Shown piece after piece: positions 59,380 to 64,000 of a DNA stretch of 64,000 nt; position 1 is the first letter of the stretch; each line of letters starts with the position of its first letter. The stretch lies in assembly GCA_009914755.4 (NCBI GenBank), contig CP068257.2, positions 16,000,001 through 16,064,000 of the forward strand, read 5' to 3'. The translations under genes and the position numbers were made by a program. This DNA is from the human T2T-CHM13v2.0 reference genome, Homo sapiens. The notes beneath the pieces are model-generated. The model was not told the origin of the DNA and searched no databases. It saw only the letters and a list, made by a program, of their open reading frames with translations.

Positions 59380-62300
59380 GAACCAGCAGACCCTCTGAAG
59401 GAAGTGGATTGCTCCTGCAGGACTTAGGAGATACCCCAAATACTATGAGTGCCCAAACTGTGGAAGCGAGAAAGGAAGATCATGCACCCCAGAACACATA
59501 CCCCTGCACAAGAGAACCTGAAGGCTTAGATTATGGGAGAAGATTCTGACCTTACCTGGAGCTGAGTCAATTTAGAGAGCCGAGTGAAATACAGGGGTAG
59601 AGGAAGCAGCAGGAAAAGTCCTGTGGGCTTGTTGGGTTCCCTAGCAAGCCATTTCTGCCCTGCCTCACAGGGGCCCTTGGGAAGAGTGGCCAGAGGCACT
59701 GGGAAAAGGCCACAGGGAGAAGAAAATCTCCAGCTGAAATTTGCTAACAATATGAACTGATTGAGAAGCCCCCTGGCCAGAACTCAGGGGAGGACATGAA
59801 TCCAGTGTGCGGACTCCACAGGCAGGTGAAGAATAAAAGCCCTAATTGCTTTCACAGCTGGAAAGTGGGTAGCCTGGGGCAAGTTCTCAGTCCTGTTCAC
59901 CCACTGCCTGGAAACACACTTGGTGCTGTTACTGGGGGCACGGTGGGAGTGAGACTGGCCCTTTGGGTTGTGTGGGAGCTGGGTGAGGCCTATGACTGCT
60001 GGCTTTTCCCCACTTCCCTGACAAGTTGCATGACCCAGTAGAGGCAGCCATTATCCTCCTAGGAACATAACTGTTGATCTGGGAATCTCAACCTCATCCC
60101 CCACAGCAGCTGCAGCAAGACCGCTCAAGGAGAGTCTGAGGTCAGACACGCCTGCCACTGCCTCTACCTGATGGTCCTTCCCTACCTACCCTGGTAACTG
60201 AAGACAAAGGGCATATACTCTTGGGAGTTCAAGGGGGTGGTGGTGCCCCCCACCACCTGTTCCTCCCCATTCTACTACCGCTGATGCTCTTGAAATCACC
60301 ACCTTCCGCAGGAGGACAACCAACCCAAAAATAGTGCATTAAGCAACCAAAGCCAAGGACCCTCACAGAGCCCATTTTACTCCCCCACCACCTCCACCAG
60401 AGCAGATGCTGGTATCAATGGCAGAAAGACTCACAGATGGTTCACATCAGAGGATTCTGTGCAGACAACCTCCAGTACCAGCCCAGAGCCTGGTAGACTT
60501 GCTGGGTTGCTAGATCCAGAAGAGAGATAACAATCTTTACAGCTTGGCTCTCAGGAAGCCACATCCCTAGGAAAAGGGGGAGAGTACTACATCAAGGGAA
60601 CACTCCATGGGACAAAACAATTTGAACAACAGCCTTTGGCCTTAGACCTCTGTGACAAATGAGAAGAAACCAGAAAACCAACTCTGGCAATATGACAAAA
60701 CAATGTTCTTCACCACCCAAGAAAAAATCACACTAGCCCACCAGCAATGGATTCCAACCAAGAAGAAGTCCCTGATTTACCTGAAAAAGAATTCAGGAGG
60801 TTAGTTGTTAAGCTAATCAGGGAGGCAACAGAGAAAGGTGAAGCCCAATCTAAGGAAATAAAAAAAAAAGATACAAGAAGTGATGGGAGAAATACTCAAT
60901 GAAATAGATAGCATAAATAAAAAATCAAAATTTCAGGAAACAATAGACACACTTATAGAAATGCTAAATGTTCTGGAAAGTCTCAGCAATAGAATTCAAC
61001 AAGCAGAAGAAAGAACTTCAGAGCTTGAAGACAAGTTCTTTGAATTAACCAAATCCAACAAAGACAAAGAAGAAAGAATAAGAAAAATTGAACAAAGCCT
61101 CCATGAGGTCTGGGTTCACGTTAAACTACCAACCCTAAGAATAATTGGCATTCCTGAGGAAGAAGAGGAACCTAGAAGTTTGGAAAACATATTTGGGAGA
61201 AAAATTGAGGAAAACTTCCCTAGCCTTGCTAGAGACCTAGGCATCCAAATACAAGAAGCACAAAGAACACCTGGGAAATTCATTGCACAAAGATCATCAC
61301 CTAGACACATTGTCATCAGATTACCTAAAGTTAAGATGAAGGAAAGAATCTTAAGAACTGTGAGTCAAAAGCGCCAGGAAACCTATAAAGGAAAACCTAT
61401 CAGATTAACAGCAGATTTCTCAGCAGAAATCCTACAAGCTAGAAGACATTGGGGACCTATCTTCAGCCTCCTCAAACAAAACAATTATCAGCCAAGAATT
61501 TGTATCCAGTGAAACTAATCTTCATAAATGAAGGAAAAATGGTATTTTTTAGACAAACAAATGCTGAAAGAATTCGCCACTACCAAGCCAGCACTACAAG
61601 AACAGCTAAAAGGAGCTCTAAATCTTGAAACAAATCCTGGAAACACATGAAAACAGAACCCCTTTAGAGCATAAATCTCATAGGACCTATAAAACAAAAA
61701 GGCAATATAAAAAAAAAACCCTCAAAAAACAAAAAAACCAAGGTATACAGGGAACAAATAGTATGATGAATGAAATGGTAACTCCCATCTCAATACTAAT
61801 GTTGAATGTAAATGGCCTAAATGCTCCCCTTAAAAGATACAGAATTGCAGAATGGATAAGAACTCACCAACCATCTGCTGCCTTCAAGAGACTCACCTAA
61901 CACATAAGGACTCACATAAACTTAAAGGGATGGAAAAAGACATTCCATGCAAATGGACACCAAAAGTGAGCAAGAGTAGCTATTCCTATATCAGACAGAA
62001 CAAACTTTAAAGCAACAGCAGTTAAAAAAGACAAAGAGGGACATTATATAAATGATAAAATGTCTTGTTCAACAGGAAAATATTACAATCCTAAATATAT
62101 ATGCACCTAACACTGGAAGTCCCTAATTTATAAAACAATTACTAATAGACTTAAGAAATGAGATAGCAACACAATAATAGTTGGGGACTTCAGTACTCCA
62201 CTGACAGCACTAGACAGGTCATCAAGACAGAAATTCAACAAAGAAACAATCAGTGTAAACTATACCCTGGAACAAATGGATTTGACAGATTTATACAGAA

Positions 62301-62866
62301 CATTCTACCCAACAACCACAGAATATACATTTTATTCAACAGCACATGGAACTTTCTCCAAGATAGACCATATAATAGGCCATAAAATGAGTCTCAATAA
62401 ATTTAAGAAAAACACTCTCTCAGACCATAGTGGAATAAAACTAGAAATCAACTCCAAAAGGAACCACCTTCAAAACCATGCAAATACATGGAAATTAAAT
62501 AACCTGTACCTGAATGATCATTGGGTCAAAAATGAAATCTAGATGGACATTAGAAAATTCTTCGAGCTGAATGGCAAGAGTGACGCAAATTATCAAAACC
62601 CCTGGGATACAGCAAAGTGGTGCTAAGAGGAAACTTCATAGCCATAAATGCCTCCATCAAGAAGTCCGAAAGAATACAATCTAAGGTCACACCTCAAGGA
62701 ACTAAAGAAACAAGAACAAACCAAACCCAAACCTAGCAGAAGAAAGGAAATAACCAAGATCAGAACAGAACTAAATGAAATTGAAACAATCAATACAAAA
62801 TATAAATAAAACAAAAAGCTGGTTCTTTGAAAAGATAAATAAAATTGATAGACCATTAGCAAGCAA
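59380..62866 (+). mobile_element. LINE-1 (L1PA-type) 5' portion: 5'UTR, frameshifted ORF1 and the N-terminal third of ORF2; 3'-truncated
   Basis: The 5'UTR at about 59380-60690 is homologous, in inverted orientation, to 43900-45000 (for example the translation 'WELGEAYDCWLFPTSLTSCMTQ' versus 'WELGEVCDCRLSPTSLTTCMTQ'). ORF1-like ORF at 60880-61512: '...RTPGKFIAQRSSPRHIVIRLPKVKMKERILRTVSQKRQETYKGKPIRLTADFSAEILQARRHWGPIFSLLKQNNYQPRI'. ORF2 endonuclease region: 'MVTPISILMLNVNGLNAPLKRYRIAEWIRTHQPS', 'LDRSSRQKFNKETISVNYTLEQMDLTDLYRTFYPTTTEYTFYSTAHGTFSKIDHIIGHKMSLNKFKK'. The sequence reaches about ORF2 residue 400 ('KIDRPLAS') and then stops abruptly at 62866. Confidence 0.88.
60880..61512 (+). pseudogene. 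L1 ORF1p remnant (210-aa ORF; N-terminal coiled-coil region out of frame upstream)
   Basis: The translation matches the L1 ORF1p RRM/C-terminal region. A stop lies immediately upstream, so the upstream ORF1 sequence is in a different frame, and this ORF is shorter than the ~338-aa L1HS ORF1p. Confidence 0.8.
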
Positions 62867-63298
62867 AGACTCTATTTTTATGTCCAACTTTTATTTTAAG
62901 TTCAGGGGTACATGTGCAGGATGTGCAAATTTGTTACATAGTTAAATATGTGCCATGGTGATTAGCTGCACAGATCATCCCATCACCTAGGTATTAGCCT
63001 AGTGTTCCATTATTGGAACACTAAGCATGTGGGAGTTATTTATATCCTACTGCTCAAGGTCATTGCCAAGGTCTGATTGATTGCAAAAATTCAAAAAATT
63101 TCAACCTCAGGCATAAATGGGTTAAGCCCAGTACCCTTTACCTATTCTTCCTGATGCTCTCCCTCCCCCCCCTTCCCCCAACCCTCCAACAGGCCCCCGT
63201 GTGTGTTGTTTCCCCCATGTGTCCATGCGTTCTCATCATTCAGCTCCCACTTATAAGTGAGAATATGCAGTATTTGATTTTCTGTAGAACAGACTCTT
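62867..63298 (-). mobile_element. Old LINE-1 3' end fragment (antisense), abutting the truncated plus-strand L1
   Basis: 'tttattttaagttcaggggtacatgtgcaggatgtgcaaatttgttacatagttaaatatgtgccatggtgattagctgcacagatcatcccatcacctaggtattagcc...ccccatgtgtccatgcgttctcatcattcagctcccacttataagtgagaatatgcagtatttgattttctg' is the antisense L1 3'UTR and the end of ORF2. Confidence 0.8.
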
Positions 63299-63770
63299 CA
63301 AGTTGGGTAAGAAACAATCTATTCTCCCTGGAGCCTGCTACTTGAAGGTTTCACCTGCATAATGAAACCTTGGTCTCCACAACCTCTTATCATAATCCAG
63401 AAATTCCTTTCAATTGATTCCAGGTCTTTAGATAATAACCAATTGCCAATCAGAAAATCTTTGAATCTGGCTATGACCTGGAATCCCTCCCAACCGGCAA
63501 CTGCCACTTCCAGTTGTACCGCCTTTTCAAATAGAGTCTTTGTACATCTTACATGTATTGATTGATGTCTTACATTTCCCTAAAACGTATAAAACCAAGT
63601 TGTAGCCCAACCACCTTGGGCACATGTCATCAGGATCTCCTGAGGCTGTCCTTAGGACGGGCATGTCATGGGCATGTCCTTAATCTTGTCCTGAGGCATG
63701 TCATGGGCATGTCCTTAACCTTGGCAAAATAAACTTCTAAATTGATTGAGACTGTTTCAGATACTTTTTA
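63299..63770 (+). mobile_element. Possible LTR (unclassified, ~470 bp) with a duplicated internal motif and AATAAA
   Basis: Starts 'tgtagaacagactc...' and ends '...ggcaaaataaacttctaaattgattgagactgtttca'. Contains a direct 32-bp duplication 'gcatgtcatgggcatgtccttaa(t/c)cttg'. The TG...CA ends and the poly-A signal suggest an LTR, but no family was recognised. Confidence 0.35.
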
Positions 63771-63842
63771 GTTTACAGTACATTCCAAATTGCTGTGCAA
63801 CTGCCACGTGTATTCAGTGCTAAAATATTTTCATCTTTAATT

Positions 63843-64000
63843 GGCTGTGGTAGCACATGCCTGTAGTTCTAGCTACTCAGGAGGATGAGGCAGCAGGATC
63901 ACTTGAGCCCAGGATTTAGAGGCTGCAGTGAGCTATGATTGCACCACTGCACTCCAGCCCGGGTGACAGAGTGAGACCCCATCTCTAAAAACAAAACCCA
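63843..64000 (+). mobile_element. Partial Alu (right arm; cut by the window end or 5'-truncated)
   Basis: 'ggctgtggtagcacatgcctgtagttctagctactcaggaggatgaggcagcaggatcacttgagcccaggatttagaggctgcagtgagctatgattgcaccactgcactccagcccgggtgacagagtgagaccccatctc'. Confidence 0.8.

Noticed and set aside
60880-61512. A 210-aa ORF as a possible intact gene
   Set aside because: It is the C-terminal two-thirds of L1 ORF1p. The upstream coiled-coil part is in another frame, with a stop immediately 5'. It is a retrotransposon remnant, not a host gene.
59380-63298. Twin-priming (5'-inverted) L1 as the explanation for the adjacent opposite-strand L1 segments
   Set aside because: Twin priming places the inverted segment upstream of a sense 3' segment that ends in poly-A. 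Here the antisense 3' terminus sits in the middle, tail-to-tail with a 3'-truncated sense copy. The two segments also look like different-age families.

Overview
No novel biological system, CRISPR array or prokaryotic-type operon is present in this window. It is primate, almost certainly human or hominoid, nuclear DNA made up largely of interspersed repeats, and I could not identify any convincing protein-coding exon by eye. The species call rests on AluY/AluS elements close to consensus, L1PA-type LINE-1, a HERV-K (HML-2) LTR5-type solo LTR and MaLR LTRs.

The repeats supported from the sequence are:
- about 30 Alu elements on both strands, several young-looking with long poly-A tails and intact target-site duplications (TSDs);
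- a near full-length L1PA-type LINE-1 on the minus strand (about 38490-45000) with a degraded ORF1 and ORF2, and a (GT)n microsatellite inside it;
- a second L1PA element on the plus strand (about 59380-62866) that keeps its 5'UTR and a frameshifted ORF1 but is truncated at its 3' end, where it abuts an old minus-strand L1 3' fragment and an LTR in a nested cluster;
- a 968-bp LTR5-type solo LTR inserted inside an Alu, with a 6-bp TSD;
- two MaLR (THE1/MST-like) LTR copies, a MER1-type hAT DNA transposon with terminal inverted repeats, and a MER3/MER33-like hAT fragment;
- several microsatellites, a roughly 33-bp G-rich minisatellite of about 14 copies at about 51593-52050, and smaller tandem and dispersed duplications.

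Every long ORF in the six-frame track falls inside a repeat (L1 ORF1/ORF2 remnants, Alu or LTR translations) or looks like a chance low-complexity ORF. All coordinates are approximate (about +/-10 bp) because they were read by eye without alignment tools.
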